From assembly GCA_963843575.1 (NCBI GenBank), contig CAWJKZ010000024.1, positions 448,001 through 512,000 on the forward strand: a DNA stretch of 64,000 nucleotides, in the 5' to 3' direction. The stretch's first letter is position 1, and each line of letters begins with the position of its first letter. Below the pieces are notes generated by a model. It worked only from the letters and a program-made list of their open reading frames with translations. It had not been told where the DNA came from and did no database searches. Shown piece by piece: positions 28,413 to 41,308 of the stretch. The position numbers and the translations under genes were made by a program. The DNA is from an uncultured Acidobacteriota bacterium. Lineage in GTDB: Bacteria; Acidobacteriota; UBA6911.

Positions 28413-31213
28413 TCAACGCTTCAGGATGAAGACCAGGGTGGGATCCAGGGGATAGCGGCCGAAGCGCTCGCCGTAGAGGGCCAGCCCCCCCGGCAGCGCC
28501 GAGTCCACTTCGAACCGGATGACAATTTCTTTGGCCTCGGCCGCGGCCCGCAGCGCCGCGGCCGGAACGCCGGCGCTGATCAAGTACCCGTAGGAGCCCG
28601 CCTCGCGCAGCTTCTTGTCCCGTTTCTGCGAGTGCCAGGAGAGAATGCCGCGGTGATCCGCAGGATCGTCGGGCAGGTCGAACTGGCCGATGGAGGTACC
28701 GGCGACGCGCACGCGGACGGCGCTGGGGAACCTCGCGGCATCGGTCATGGGGTAGGCATTCGGATTGAGGCTCGGGTCGTGCGTGCCCTTGCCGAGCATG
28801 AAATCGCCTTCCTGGCGTTGTACCCCCCGCTTGTCCTTGCCGAAAAGCTGTTTGGCGGAGGCTTCGAAGCTGAGGGAGGCGCCGGCGACGGCGCTCACGT
28901 CGAGATCCTCGGGCCAGGGAAGGCGGAACTCGAAATAGCCGGAACCGGCGCCGTCGGCCTTGAGGCCGTCCAGGACGTTCCACTGTCCAAGCGACCACTC
29001 GGCGGCCCGGAAAGCACCCGGCGCAAATCGCACTACGCGGGCTGGCGCGCCGTCGAGTTCGGTCCGCTCGTCGCGTCGCGCCGTGCCGTCGGCAACGAGA
29101 AAAGTGGTGAAGTTGCGGTGCAGCACCCTGCCGGACGCGTCTTCCAGGACCAGGCTCAGCAGTGCCAGCGCGGGCTGGTCGGGCATGCGGACGCTCAGCG
29201 GCTCCAGTTCCTGCGAGAGCCAGGGCCGGAACGTTACGTCCCGGTCCGCCTGCGAGTACCGTTGGGGCCGGCCCAGAGTGTCCCAGCCGGTGAGCGCGAC
29301 GCGCAGTCGCAGCCGCGCATCCGGAGTCCCCTCCGTGAGGAACGACGCCCAGAGGGGGACCGACACAACCTCCCCGGGCTTGACCTCGCGGCAGAGATCA
29401 CTCCCGGTGGAGAGGTAATACGGGCCGTGCAGGTCGCGCAGGGTCATGCCCTGCACGAGCCCGCCCAGGCCGGTGAACTTTTCGGTGCGATCGAAACGGT
29501 AGTAGCCGTTCCACTCGTTGACGACGTCGTGGTGCTCCGTATACAACCAGCCGCCGATCCTGGGGTGGCGCCGGAATTCGTTCATGGCGACGTGGTAATC
29601 CCAGCTCCAGTCGCAATCGCCGGTGCTCCCCTCATAGCCCCAGACGTTGCCGAACTCGCTGTTGAGGAGGGGCTGGCTGGCCTGCTTGCGCCCGCCGATG
29701 AAGTTCCACGCGGAGCCTGGGAACGTGTCGCGCGTGACCTGGTCGAGGTGCTCCCGCCAGGCGAAGCCCGGCAGATAAGAGTGCCAGGAGTTGATGTCGG
29801 TCTCGACGTGGTCGTGGTTGCAGGGGGAGTTGTCCTCCACGAGCCGCGTGGGGTCGAGTGTCTTGGCCAGGCGATAGACGGAGGCGACCCACGCCTGAGT
29901 CTCCGGCAGGTATTTGCGGTCTTTCCCCTTTCCGCTGAACAGCCCCCACGTTTCGTTGAAAGGCACCCAGGCGAAGATGGCCGGATGATTGAAGTCGCGC
30001 CCTATCATGCCGCGCAGGGCGTGTTCGATCTCCTGGCGCATGGCGGCGTCCGGCTCGCCCCAGCTGTTGGGGACGTCGGCCATGATCAGGAGGCCGAGGC
30101 GGTCGGCCCAGTAGAGCTTGCGGGGAACGTCCACTTTGACGTGGAGCCGGTTGGCGTTCAGGCCGATGCGACGCGAGCGCAGGATCTCGTCGCGCATGAA
30201 GGCGTCGGTGGGGAAGGTGTAGAAGCCCTCGGGGTGATACGACTGATCCAGCGCCATCTGGAGGTACAACGGTCTGTTGTTCAGCGCAACGTAGGGGAAA
30301 CCGAGCCCCGGCAGGTTCACGACGCTGATCTTCCGCATCCCGAAATAGCTGGCGACGCGATCCTCGGCGTTGCCGGAGCGCAGCGTGGCGTCGACTTCGT
30401 AGAGGAAGGGGTCTTCCAGGGACCACAGACCGGGCTCCGGGAACCCGGACCTCGAGCCGGATCTCTCTGGCGCCGGGCGCAACCGCCGCCACCGCGTCCG
30501 GCAAGCCGCCGGTCTTGAAGTGCAGCCTGAATTCGGCGCCGGCGCGGACGGCGGCGTTCAGCCCTGCCGCGACCGTCACTTTGCCCGCATCGATATCCGG
30601 CGTGAAACGCACGCTCTCCAGGAAAGTTTCCGGGCGGGCCTCCAGATATGCCGTCTGCCAGATGCCGCGCGCATTTCCATACCCCTGTTTCCCCTCCAGC
30701 TTGAACGGCCGCGGGCTGTCGTCGACGCGCAGCACGAGCCTGTGCTCCCGGCCGGGCTTGAGATGAGGCGTCAACTCGAACTCGAAGGGGGTGTAGCCGC
30801 CCCGGTGCGTGCCCAGACGGCTGCCCGTCGAGCCACGCCTGCGTCTCCCAGTCGCAGGCGCCGACGACCAGGTAGACGCGCTCTCCCTGCCACGCCTCGG
30901 GCGCGCGCACCGGGCGGGCATACCACGCGACGGTGGCCTTGTCGGCGACCCCCGAAAGCGCGGAGCCCCACGGGAACGGCACCAGAATGGTGTCCGGGAA
31001 CCGGGTGCCCGTCGCAAACCATTGCTCCTTGAGACCGGCGTCTGTCGGATCGAATCGGAACTGCCACGGGCCATTCAGATTGGCCCAGGCCGCGCGTTCG
31101 AAATCAGGGCGCGGGTGCTCGGGAAGGGGAATGGCGGCATCGACCGCGGGAGTGGGTTGGCTCCCCGGAAGGAGGGACCAGAAAGCAAGCAGCAGCAGTT
31201 CGCGCGTTTTCAT
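28413..31213 (-). CDS. Glycoside hydrolase family 2 protein (frameshifted)
   Basis: PEHPRPDF, NLNGPWQF, GGYTPFEF, GKQGY, ALDQSYHP, RLHVK and NHPAIFAWVPFNETWG, spread across frames. Confidence 0.88.
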
Positions 31214-31396
31214 GGGCGACGATGTTATCAAAAGACGCCCCGCAATTAAAAACATCTGGAGTGCGCCGCCTCGGCGCTGCTTTCACTCGCGTCCTGCGGC
31301 CAGGAATGCCCCGGCGCCTCGGCGCCCCCCCGAATTGTCGGAATGGCGAGCCGCCAACGTCAATATTGTCCGCTGCAATCGGCCCGCTTCGGCCCG

Positions 31397-32831
31397 TTAT
31401 TCTGTCGCCTGCTCAATCAGTGTGGAAAAACGCCGGTTGATGGCGAGTGCCGGATCGAGAGGGACGGCCACGGGTTTGCAGTCCGGGGGTATGTGGATGA
31501 CGGGAACCGGGCGAATGTCGCGGCCTTCGAATTGCGGGAGCCATCTGCGCTGGGCGCGCAGCATTTCACCGCACATCTCCCGGATCTCGTGCAGGGTGCA
31601 GACGGCCGCGGTCAACGGGTCCATCGCGGCGGCGTGCACAATCGCTTCGGGATCGCCTTCGAGCGCGGCCTGAGCCGCCAGCGTCTGCACGTTGACGTTG
31701 GTGATGCAGGCGGCCGCGCACTGTGCCGGCAGGTCGCCCACCCGTGAGGGGTGGATCCCGGCGGAGTCGGCGAATGCGGGGACCTCGACGCAGCAGCCGT
31801 CGGGAAGGTTCGGTATGAACCCGTCGTTGCGGACGTTGCCCATGAAGCGGAACGGCCGTCCCGTCACGATGGCTTCCATGATGTAGGAGCAGTACTCGAC
31901 GCTCCGGCTCTCGATCTGGGCGACTCGTATTCCAGCGGATCGTGCGCGGCGTACTTCGCTGACAGCGCCTTCGAGTACTTGTAGTAGGCTCCGCTCTCTC
32001 CGCCGAAGCTCGGTTCGTCGCAATACGTGTCGAGGGCCTTCCGGTTTTTGCGGAACCAGGGGACGTATTCGCTCAGGTGCCCGGTGCTTTCGGTCATGAA
32101 ATAGCCGAAATGACGGAAGACCTCGCCGCGGACCTTTTCGTTCTGGTAGTACTCGGGTCGTTCGAAGAGCTCCCGCAGCTGCGGGTAGAGGTCGCGCCCG
32201 CGGTGGTGCAGGGAGAGGAACCAGTCCATGTGGTTGATCCCGCCGCAGGTGTAGACGATTTCCTCCTTGGGGACGCCGCAGTAGCCGGCGATGAGGTCCA
32301 GCGTCGTCTGCACGCCGTGGCAGAGCCCGACAAAGGCCGCGTCGGTAGCACGGCCCAGCGCGAGGCAGCAGGCCGCCATCGGGTTGGCGTACTGCAGCAT
32401 GACCGCTCCCGGGCGGGCCAGCCGCTTCATGTCCCCGCGCGATGCCGGTCAGCACCGGAATGGTACGCAGACCCGCGGAAAATGCCGCCGGGTCCCAGCG
32501 AATCGCCGATGCACTGGTCCACGCCGAACCGCAGCGGGATCTCGTAGTCGAAGCCGAACGCCTCGAGACCGCCCACCTGGATCATGACCACGACAAAGTC
32601 GGCGTCGCGCAGAGCCTCCTCCCGGCTGGTGGTCGCCTGGACCGTCGCGTCCAGGCCGTTTTCCCGGACCATGCGCTTGCCGAAAGCTTCCATGCGGCGC
32701 AGCTTGGACTCGGTGGGGCTCATGAGCGCCAGCTCGGCGTCCGAGAGGCACGGGGTGGCGAGGATGTCGTTCATCAGGGTCTTGCAGAACACGACGCTTC
32801 CGGCCCCGATCATCGCGATTTTTATTGGCAT
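31397..32831 (-). CDS. melA: Alpha-galactosidase, glycoside hydrolase family 4 (frameshifted)
   Basis: KIAMIGAGS, QCIGDSLGPGG, QYANPM, GLCHGVQ, GINHMDW and TESTGHLSEY. Confidence 0.88.
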
Positions 32832-32866
32832 GTTTCACCTCGAAAGGGTCAGGTCGGCAGCGTTCC

Positions 32867-33181
32867 TCATTTCAACGGCAGGGTGACCGGCTTGCCGCTG
32901 GCCGCCGACAGTCGCGCGGCCTCCATGATCTGCACCACGTCCAGGTTGAATTCCGGGCTTACCATGCCCTCGACCGCCTTTCCCGTTCGCACGACATGGG
33001 CAAAGTAGGCGATGGGGTCGCGCCGGCACTCGTCGAGCGGAGGCGCCGGGACCTCCTTCCGGTCCCGGCGGATGCGCGCGTTCTGCTGCGCACGAACCCC
33101 GAGGGCCGGGGCTAAGCAGGCGAACGACAACACTGCGGCCAAAACGACGGCAAGCAGCCCCGCGCAGTGCGCCGGGGACAT
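32867..33181 (-). pseudogene. Internally deleted Gfo/Idh/MocA-type oxidoreductase (signal peptide joined to C-terminal tail)
   Basis: A signal-like N-terminus is followed directly by DPIAYFAHVVR...NLDVVQIMEAARLSAASGKPVTL. Confidence 0.55.
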
Positions 33182-33391
33182 AGTCACGTCTGTGTTCAGT
33201 AATAGCGTTCCTTGATCCGCGACGGCATGGATGAGGGCTATTGTATGACATTTTCGCAGATCACGTGCCCTCCGTTCGCCGACCTGCGCCGACCCGCATG
33301 TCCGGTCGGCGCTTCCTCGGCGTCTGTCGGCGAACGGGCTGGGGCACTGTCATCGGTCCGAGCCCGGCGCCGCGCGGATCCGCCGAGCCGA

Positions 33392-33767
33392 TCACCCGGC
33401 GACTTCGGAACGGGGGGCCGGCTGCAGGATGCCGAACATGTTGCCTTCGGGGTCGGCGCAATAGGCGTGCAGCCCGATCCCGGGTATCTGGTTCGGGCCG
33501 TGAATTTTTCGGCCCCCGGCCTGCTCGATCTTTCGAAGCGCCTCGTCCAGCGAAGCGACGTCGACGGTGTTGATCACCGGCTGAGGAAAATGCTTGTGCA
33601 TCAGGCCGCCGTTGATGCCGGGCGTCCCCTCGGCGCCCGTGGTTACGAGCCAGTAGGCTTGCGACCCGCCCCAGGTTGAGACATCCCAGCCGAGCACGTC
33701 GCGATAGAACGCCGCCATCGTCTCGGGGTTGTCACATAGGATTTCGAAATGGATTCGGCCTGTGCAT
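33392..33767 (-). CDS. VOC/glyoxalase family protein (frameshift just after start)
   Basis: HFEI..DNPE..AAFYRDVLGW, PGINGGL and ADPEGNMFGI. GAGGAGG RBS. Confidence 0.88.
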
Positions 33768-33934
33768 GTTCACCCTCCTCAGTGATGCGGTTTTCCGCGA
33801 TCCGCCAGGGCCAGCGCCCTGGCCTGCAGTTCCAATGCCTGCACCGTCGCCGGAGCGAAGTCTAGCAGCGGGGCGGGGCAAGTCACAACGCCGGCACGTT
33901 TGCGCCGCCGGCCTGTGCGGATTATCATAACCCC

Positions 33935-35355
33935 ATGCACTCCAGGAGGGCTTTCATCGCGGGCATCGTGGCGGCCGTGCCCGCCCTGAGCCTGCGCGGG
34001 GCGGACGACCTGTTCAGGTTGAGCCTCGTGGAAGCCGCCGAGATGGTGCGGCGGAGGACGGTCTCGCCGGTCGATCTGACCCGGGCATGCCTGGGGCGCA
34101 TCCAGAAGCTCAACCCCCTGCTCAACGCGTTCGTGACGGTGACTGCAGAACAGGCGGTCGCGCAAGCGCGGCGGCTGGAGGCGGAGCTGCGCGGAGGCGG
34201 CCCGCGCTCGGCGCTCCACGGCATCCCGGTTGCCCTGAAAGACCTGATCGACACCCGGGGGGTGCGGACGACGGCCGGCAGCGCACTGTGGGCCCGGCGT
34301 ATCCCTGCGGAGGACGCCGAGGTTGTGCGCCGCCTGGCGGCGGCCGGGGCGGTGCTCGTGGGGAAGTGCAACATGGACGAGTTCGCCTACAACTTCACCT
34401 CCGAGACCAGCCACTTCGGCCCGATCCGCAATCCCTGGAACTCGGGTCGCTCGCCGGGCGGGAGTTCGGGCGGTTCCGCGGTGGCCGTGGCGTCCGGCAT
34501 GTGCTTCGCCGCCCTCGGCTCCGACACCGGCGGATCGATCCGCCTGCCGGCGGCGCTGTGCGGCATCACCGGGCTCAAGCCCACCTACGGCAGGGTGAGC
34601 ACCGAGGGGGTGGCGCCGCTGTCCTGGTCCCTCGATCACGTCGGGCCGATGTGCCGCAGCGCGCGGGACGCGGCCGCTGTCCTGGAGGTCATCGGCCCCG
34701 GCGCTCCCCAGGCGCCGGCCCGGAACACGAAGGAGCTGCGCCTGGGCCTGCCCCGCAGACCCTATTTCGTGCAACTCCACCCCGACGTCGAGAAGTCGGT
34801 CGCAGCAGGCCGTGCGCGTGCTCGCACGCGTGACGGCCGGCGCCGCCGAGATCGACTTGCCCCCGCTCCCGGCGTTCGAGGCATGGCCGGACCTCCCCAA
34901 GACCTATGCCCTGATCATCTCGGCCGAAGCGTATACGTTCCACCGCGGCATGTTGGCGCAGCAGGCCGCAGCCTACCACCCGGCGACACGGCGGAGTCTG
35001 GAAGGGGGTGCCGCCATCCCCGCCGCCGACTACATCGACGCGCGTCGGGAGATGGACCTGCTGCGGGCGCAGTCCGACACCCTGTTCGCGCAGGCCGACG
35101 TTCTGGTCACCCCGGCGTCGCCTGCTCCGGCCTTCGAACTCGGCAAGCCCGCCAGCCTCGTGTTTTTGCGCAACTGCGCGCCCTGGAACCTGTACGGGCT
35201 GCCGTCCATTACCGTCCCGTGCGGTTTCTCCGGCGACGGCCTGCCGGTCGGCCTGCAGCTGACGGGGCCCTCGGGGAGCTGACGCCCTGCTGCTGTCGCT
35301 TGCTTCCACGTACCAGGCCGAAACCGACTGGCACACCCGCCGCCCGTCCCCCTAG
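33935..35355 (+). CDS. Amidase signature family protein (GatA-like), Tat signal, frameshifted
   Basis: LHGIPVALKD, PGGSSGGS, GSDTGGSIRLPA and GLPVGLQL. SRRAF signal. Confidence 0.88.
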
Positions 35356-35782
35356 CCCCCCTGGAGTGCGGCGCCTCGACGCCAGTCCTTCGAGAAACAA
35401 TGACAGTACGGGCCTCGCGGTAAATGACATGGTTACCGGCAAGGATCGCATTTCCTTGGCAACCATGAAACCGGAGGCCCTGGAAAAAGCATATGGGATT
35501 GGACGTACACAGCTCAACAACTCAAGTCGGCGTATTGAACGACCGCGGCCGGGAAGTGGAGTACAAGAAGATCCCGACACGGGAAGTGGATCTGGTGGCG
35601 TTCATGCGAAAGAGAGTCAGATGGCGGATTTCGCCACACGGATCATCGAACCACATGCGGCGGCCAAGGTGATTCGATGCATGCCCCAGCACAGCCGGCT
35701 GATCAGCCAGTCTGAGAGGAAGTGCGATTGCGAGGATGCGCGTCAGCTACCCTTCGAGTCGGGTCCTTCCGTTTGCCTCCGG

Positions 35783-37149
35783 TCAGAGTTTCCAGGGCGC
35801 CCGGTACTCGTAATCCAGCAGACGGTTGGCCCGCTCGTCGTTGGTGACCCGCTCGCTTTTTCGCGTCCCACTCGATGCGCGAGCGGGTGGCGAGCGCCAG
35901 GTTGGCGAGGTGTGCGAAGCTGGTCGAGCGGTGGCCGGTTTCCAGGTCGCAGTTGCACTTGCCGCGCGACTTGACGCAGTCGAGGAAGTTGCGGATGTGC
36001 TGGTGGGTCAGGTCGCCGTCCATCGGCGCGACCTCCTGAGCCTCGACCTTCGCCGGCCGGCCTCTGGAACTGCCCCTTGCCCGACGGCAGGATCTTGTAA
36101 CCGCGCGCCTCGGTCCCCGGGTAGAGGTTGCCCAGCGTCCCGCAGAACTCGATCTCGCCGCTGGGCAGCGGCCGGCTGTCGCACGCCTCGTACTGGCCGA
36201 ACACCATCACCCGCCCGGAGGCGAACTCGAAGGCGACCTCCATCGTGTCGGGGATCGTGCGGTCGTCGTCCACCAGGTATCTCCCCCCCTGTGCGGTCAC
36301 CGCGACGGGCGCCTCCTCGTCCAGCACCCAGCGCATCGCGTCGCAGTAGTGAACGCCCCAGTTGCCCATCTGGGAGGAGTAGTCCTGCCACCAGCGGAAC
36401 TTGTAGGGTGCGATGCTGTACCGGAACGGACGCGCCGCGCGCGGCCCCAGCCAGGCGTCCCAGTCCAGCCCCTTCGGCGGGGCGGCATCGGGATACCGGC
36501 CGATGCCGTTCGGGAACATGTTGCTGGTGCGATAGGCGCGGGCCACGCTGACCCGACCGATTTTCCCGCCGCGCACGAGCTCGTGCACCTGGCGGTACAG
36601 GTTCGAGGAACGGCGGTGGAGCCCCACCTGCACGACGCGCCCGGTCCGCCGCTGCGCCTCGACCATCTTGCGGCCCTCCGGGATCGTGACGGTGAGCGGT
36701 TTCTCGACGTAGACGTCCTTCCCGGCCTCGAGCGCCATGATGGTCTGAATCGCGTGCCAGTGGTCGGGGGTCGCGACGACGACCGCATCGATGTCCCGCT
36801 GCTCCAGCAGGCGGCGGAAATCCTTGTGGCGGGCCACCGGGGTGTCGAACCGCTCCCCCATCCTGGGCGCGTACCCTTCGACCGACCGGAGGATCTCCGG
36901 GTCGACCTGCGCCCTGTCCCGCGCGAGGTAAGGCTCGTAGACATCGCAGAGCGCCGCGATCTGACAGTCGGGCTGCGCCATGAATCCCGCCAGCAGCTGC
37001 GACCCGCGGTTGCCCACCCCGATGAAGCCGACGCGGATTTTGTCGGCGGCCCGCGCGCCGGTCCGCGCCGAGACGGTCGTCGCCGCGGCGGCAGCCGCGG
37101 AGTGTGTCAGAAAACATCTCCTGCTGATTCCCTGCGCCCCATCGTCCAT
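35783..37149 (-). CDS. Gfo/Idh/MocA family oxidoreductase, Tat-exported, frameshifted
   Basis: IGVGNRG, ATPDHWH, VYVEKP, WGVH and HIRNFLDCVKSR. C-terminus YRAPWKL*. Confidence 0.9.
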
Positions 37150-37233
37150 GGATCCCTCCTGTACCGGGCAGCATAGCCCCGCAACGCGCGCCTGGGCAAC
37201 CCGTCGAGTGTCTTCGACGGGCTTCGCGCCCCT

Positions 37234-37780
37234 TCAGGGACGCGAGCCCGGGATCACCCAGAGGTAGACCGGCCGGCCTCTGACCTGCAGCTGTTTGGCA
37301 GGCTGCCATTCGCCCATGTCATGTATGTAGGAGACAACCCGGGTCCCGGGCCTCAGCTCTTTGAGCAGCTTCGGCTGGAGTTTGAGGTTGAGCGAAGGCC
37401 ACAGGAAGAGCGTGACGACCGTCGCCTCCCGGATGTCGGCCTCGAACAGGTCCTCCTCGAGAAAACGCACCCGGGATGCGATCCCCGGCCGTCCGGGCAT
37501 TTTCCGTCGATTCGCTGATCCGCTGAGGGTCGATGTCGATCCCGACTCCGCGCGCGCCAAAATCGCGCGCGGCCGCGACGACGATTCGGCCGTCGCCGCA
37601 ACCCAGGTCGTAGACGACGTCGTCCTTTCCGACGTCCGCCAGCCGGAGCATTTCGGCCACTACGTCGTCGGGAGTCGGTTCCCAGTGCACGTCGGGTGCA
37701 CGCCTCGGAGACTTCTGATCGTATGCCGGACTCAAGGTCAGGCAGACCGCCAGCGGAAGAAGAAACGGTCTGAATCGCAT
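37234..37780 (-). CDS. Secreted class I SAM-dependent methyltransferase, frameshifted
   Basis: VYDLGCGDGRIV, GIDIDP, ATVVTLFL and LRPGTRVVS. Confidence 0.88.
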
Positions 37781-37913
37781 CGCACGACCCCTGTCAAAGG
37801 TTGGGAGCAAGTGAAGAACGCAAAAGCGAGATGCCGGTCATATTTTGATGACGCGAAGGCGGCATCCGGCCTAGTATCCAACATCTCACAGTGAAACGAA
37901 ACAGGCGGGACCT

Positions 37914-38339
37914 ATGACCAGGAAGCGCCCGCTCGCGAAGCGAGCGGACCACGAGCCGCCTGCCGCAATCGCGCGGTGGGGATGGCGGTACCATCATCTT
38001 GGGATTCCCACGAGCACGCCGCGGCACGGCGAGCGGCACCTCACCCACCTGAAGCTGCACGTGAGCGGCTTCGACACCAGCCCGTACGGGGTGGAGTGGA
38101 TGCGCTTCGAACCGGACTGTGCGGTTCACGAACTGGTGAGGACAGTGCCGCACGTCGCCTTCGAAGTGGACGATCTCGACGCCGAACTCGCGGGGAAGGA
38201 GATCCTGGGTGGGCCCGCATCCCCTTCGCCGGGCGTCAGGGCCGCCATGATCATCCACGACGGCGCCCCCGTGGAACTGATCGAGTTCCGGGGGGTGCGC
38301 GCCACGGGCAGACCTCGGCGCCGTCGCAGTGCATCTTGA
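37914..38339 (+). CDS. Small VOC-like hypothetical protein
   Basis: YHHLGIPT, VPHVAFEVDDL and APVELIEF. Confidence 0.75.
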   Translation: MTRKRPLAKRADHEPPAAIARWGWRYHHLGIPTSTPRHGERHLTHLKLHVSGFDTSPYGVEWMRFEPDCAVHELVRTVPHVAFEVDDLDAELAGKEILGGPASPSPGVRAAMIIHDGAPVELIEFRGVRATGRPRRRRSAS

Positions 38340-38352
38340 ACGGCACGACGGA

Positions 38353-38404
38353 AGACAAAAACAACTTGTCACGGACGACACGGGAAAAAAGCCGGAGTAC
38401 ACGG
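38353..38404 (+). repeat. ~52 bp dispersed repeat, copy A
   Basis: AGACAAAAACAACTTGTCACGGACGACACGGGAAAAAAGCCGGAGTACACG. An inverted copy lies at 43853-43903. Confidence 0.75.
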
Positions 38405-38768
38405 AAGGAATCGTCCGCCCTGCCAGTGGTCCTCTGAGAGCCCTCGAGGCGAGCGACCTCTGAAGCGCCCGGGCACCGGCCGCCACCGGGTTCCGGTCGG
38501 GCGGCAAACGAAACTGTGTTATGATTTCACTTCATACATAGCGATTGTCGGCGACAGCCGCGGGCGAGGGGAGGAGACAGCCGCGCCTCGCGGGAGGAGC
38601 GGCCGGTACGGGCAACCATAAGCAGGAGCGTCAGGGACTTATACCTTCATGTGCCCGCCTCGGCTGTTCACCAACATTGAGGACCTTTTGAACGAAGATC
38701 GCTGACGGGCCGGCGCGTTGCCCGGCTGCGGGCGGCGGCGCGTTGCCGATCTTCGCGACGGAGCAGAT

Positions 38769-40587
38769 GTGAGACACGCAACGGAGAAGGTGGTCGGCGA
38801 TATTTGCGAGCGCTACGGGAACGACCGCACGCGCATGATGGACATCGTTCTCGCGGTGCAGGAACGGTTTGGCTGCGTCTCGCCCGAGGCCATGGACGTG
38901 ATCGCCCGCGCGGTCGGTTCGCACCGGGTCGAGGTCGAGAGCGTCGTCACGTTTTACGCGTTCCTCTCGGTGAAGCCCCAGGGCAAGGTCGTCATCCGTC
39001 TCTGCAACGACATCGTCGACTGGATGAAGGGCTACGAGGACGTCGCCGACGCCATGGCCAAGGAGCTCGGCGTCACGATGGGGGAAACGACGCCCGGACG
39101 GCGCCATCACCCTGACCCACACCGCCTGCATCGGGATGAGCGATCAGGCGCCCGCGGCGCTGGTGAACGACACGGTGGTCACGCACCTGACCCCCGAGCG
39201 GGGCCGCCAGCTGATCCGGGACCTGAGGCGCCACCTGGATCCCGCAGCAGCTGGTCACGATGGTCGGGGACGGGAACAACGCGCACCCGCGCGTGCGCGC
39301 GATGGTGCGCAACAACATCCGGCAGCGCGGCCCGGTGCACTTCGCCGACTTTGAACCGGGGAGCGCGTTGCGCCGCACGCTGGCGCTGGAGCCCGAGGAC
39401 GTGATCCGGCGAGATCAAGGCGTCGCGCCTGCGCGGCCGGGGCGGCGCAGGCTTCCCCGCCGGGCTCAAGTGGGAGCTCGCGCGCAATGCCGCGGGGCCT
39501 CGCCGGTACATCCTGTGCAACGCCGACGAAGGCGAACCCGGCACCTTCAAGGACCGCGTCCTGCTCACCGAGTGTCCCGGATCTCATGCTGGAGGGCATG
39601 ACGATCGCGGGGTACGCCGTGGGGAGCGACACCGGCATCGTGTATCTGCGGGGCGAGTACCGCTACCTCCTGCCCTTCCTCGAGAGCGTCGTCGAGGAGC
39701 GGCGCCGGCAGGGACTGCTGGGCCGCGACATCCTGGGGAAGGCCGGATTCGACTTCGACGATCCGTTTCCAGCTCGGCGCGGGAGCCTATGTGTGCGGCG
39801 AGGAGACGGCGCTCATCAGCTCGTGCGAAGGGCTGCGCGGCGATCCGAGAAACCGGCCCCCGTTCCCGCCGCAGAAGGGCTACCTCGGGGCGCCGACGAT
39901 CGTCAACAACGTGGAGACCTTCTGCTGCGCCTCGCGGATCATGATCGAAGGGGCCGCCTGGTTCGCCGCCATGGGTTCGGGGCGCACGTCGGGCACGAAG
40001 GTGCTCAGCATCTCCGGCGACTGCCGCAAGCCGGGCGTCTACGAGGTTCCCTTCGGGATTACGGCGACGCGAACTGCTGGACATGACCGAGGCGGACAAT
40101 CCGGGCGCCATGCTGATCGGCGGCCCCTGCCGGCAGATGATCGGGCCGGAACGGTTCGGCGGGAAGATCTGCTACGACGACCTGGCCACCGGCGGCGCCA
40201 TCATGATCTTCAATCGCGCCCGCAACAAGCTCGAGATCGCCGAACATTACCTCGATTTCTTCATCGAGGAGAGCTGCGGTCACTGCACGCCCTGCCGGGT
40301 CGGGCTGATCCACCTGAAAAAGGCGGTGCACAAGGTGGTCACCGGCGCGGGCGAGCCCGCCGATCTCGACTGCGATGCGCGAGCTGTCCAACTTCATCAT
40401 ACAGACCAGCCGCTGCGGCCTCGGACAGGCCGCCCCCAATCCTGTGCTCGGCGCCCTGGAGAATTTCAGCGAGCTTTACGCCGGGCTGGTGGCCGAACGC
40501 AAGCCGGGCCTGCTGCCGACTTTCGACCTGTCCGCCGCCGTGGTCGACGCCGAGCTGCGCGTCGGCCGGCAGTCGGAATACGTTTAG
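38769..40587 (+). CDS. hoxF: NAD-reducing hydrogenase diaphorase subunit (fused NuoE/NuoF type), frameshifted
   Basis: [65 protein letters not shown] and SRCGLG. Confidence 0.88.
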
Positions 40588-40602
40588 TCCAGGAGAGCAA
40601 TT

Positions 40603-41307
40603 ATGAGCGTGGTTACCCTGAGCATCGACGGGAGAACCGTCCAGGCCAGTCCCGGGCAGACGATTCTCAAGGCGGCGGAGGCCGCGGGCATCTACATCCC
40701 GAGGCTCTGCGCCTACAAGGACCTCACGCCGCACGGGAGCTGCCGGGTCTGTTCCGTGAGGGTCAACGGGCGTATCCAGGCCGCCTGCGTGCAGACCGTC
40801 TCCGAAGGGGCCATCGTCGAGAACGAGACGCCGGAGATGCAGGAGTTCCGCCGCAACATCATCGACCTCCTCTTCGTCGAGGGGAATCACTACTGCATGT
40901 TCTGCGAGAAGAGCGGGCTGTGCGAGCTCCAGGCGCTGGCCTACCGTTTCGGCATCACCGCACCCAAGTACCCCTACATGTACTCCAGGCGGGACATCGA
41001 CATGTCGCACCCGGACGTCTACCTGGACCACAACCGCTGCATCCTGTGCGGGCGCTGCGTCCGCGTCTCGCAGGACCTGGACCACAAGAACGTCTTCCAG
41101 TTCGTCGGCCGGGGTTTCAGCAAGCGGCTTCAGGTCAACGGCGAGGCGCTGGCCGCCACCGACCTGAAGGTGACCGATGAGGTGGTCGCCGCCTGCCCCG
41201 TGGGCGCCCTCATGAAGAAGCGGGTGGGCTACGCGGTGCCGGTCGGGGAGCGTCCCTTCGATCACGAGCCCATCGGCGCGGACATCGAAGCCGCGGGAGG
41301 GAAATAG
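40603..41307 (+). CDS. hoxU: Hydrogenase diaphorase Fe-S subunit
   Basis: IPRLC, GSCRVC, HYCMFC..SGLCELQ, CILCGRC and CPVGAL. Confidence 0.92.
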   Translation: MSVVTLSIDGRTVQASPGQTILKAAEAAGIYIPRLCAYKDLTPHGSCRVCSVRVNGRIQAACVQTVSEGAIVENETPEMQEFRRNIIDLLFVEGNHYCMFCEKSGLCELQALAYRFGITAPKYPYMYSRRDIDMSHPDVYLDHNRCILCGRCVRVSQDLDHKNVFQFVGRGFSKRLQVNGEALAATDLKVTDEVVAACPVGALMKKRVGYAVPVGERPFDHEPIGADIEAAGGK

Positions 41308-41308
41308 C

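Noticed and set aside
28374-30518. Long antisense ORFs (also 25139-26983, 46813-49296, 55660-57729)
   Set aside because: These are shadow ORFs opposite well-supported genes, as expected at high GC.
33935-35974. 679 aa amidase with a long C-terminal extension
   Set aside because: This is an artefact of frameshifts. The real amidase C-terminus ends at TAG 35353-35355.
38514-38532. Rex/CRP-like site upstream of hox (TGTGTTATGATTTCAC)
   Set aside because: Half-site spacing and sequence fit neither consensus well.
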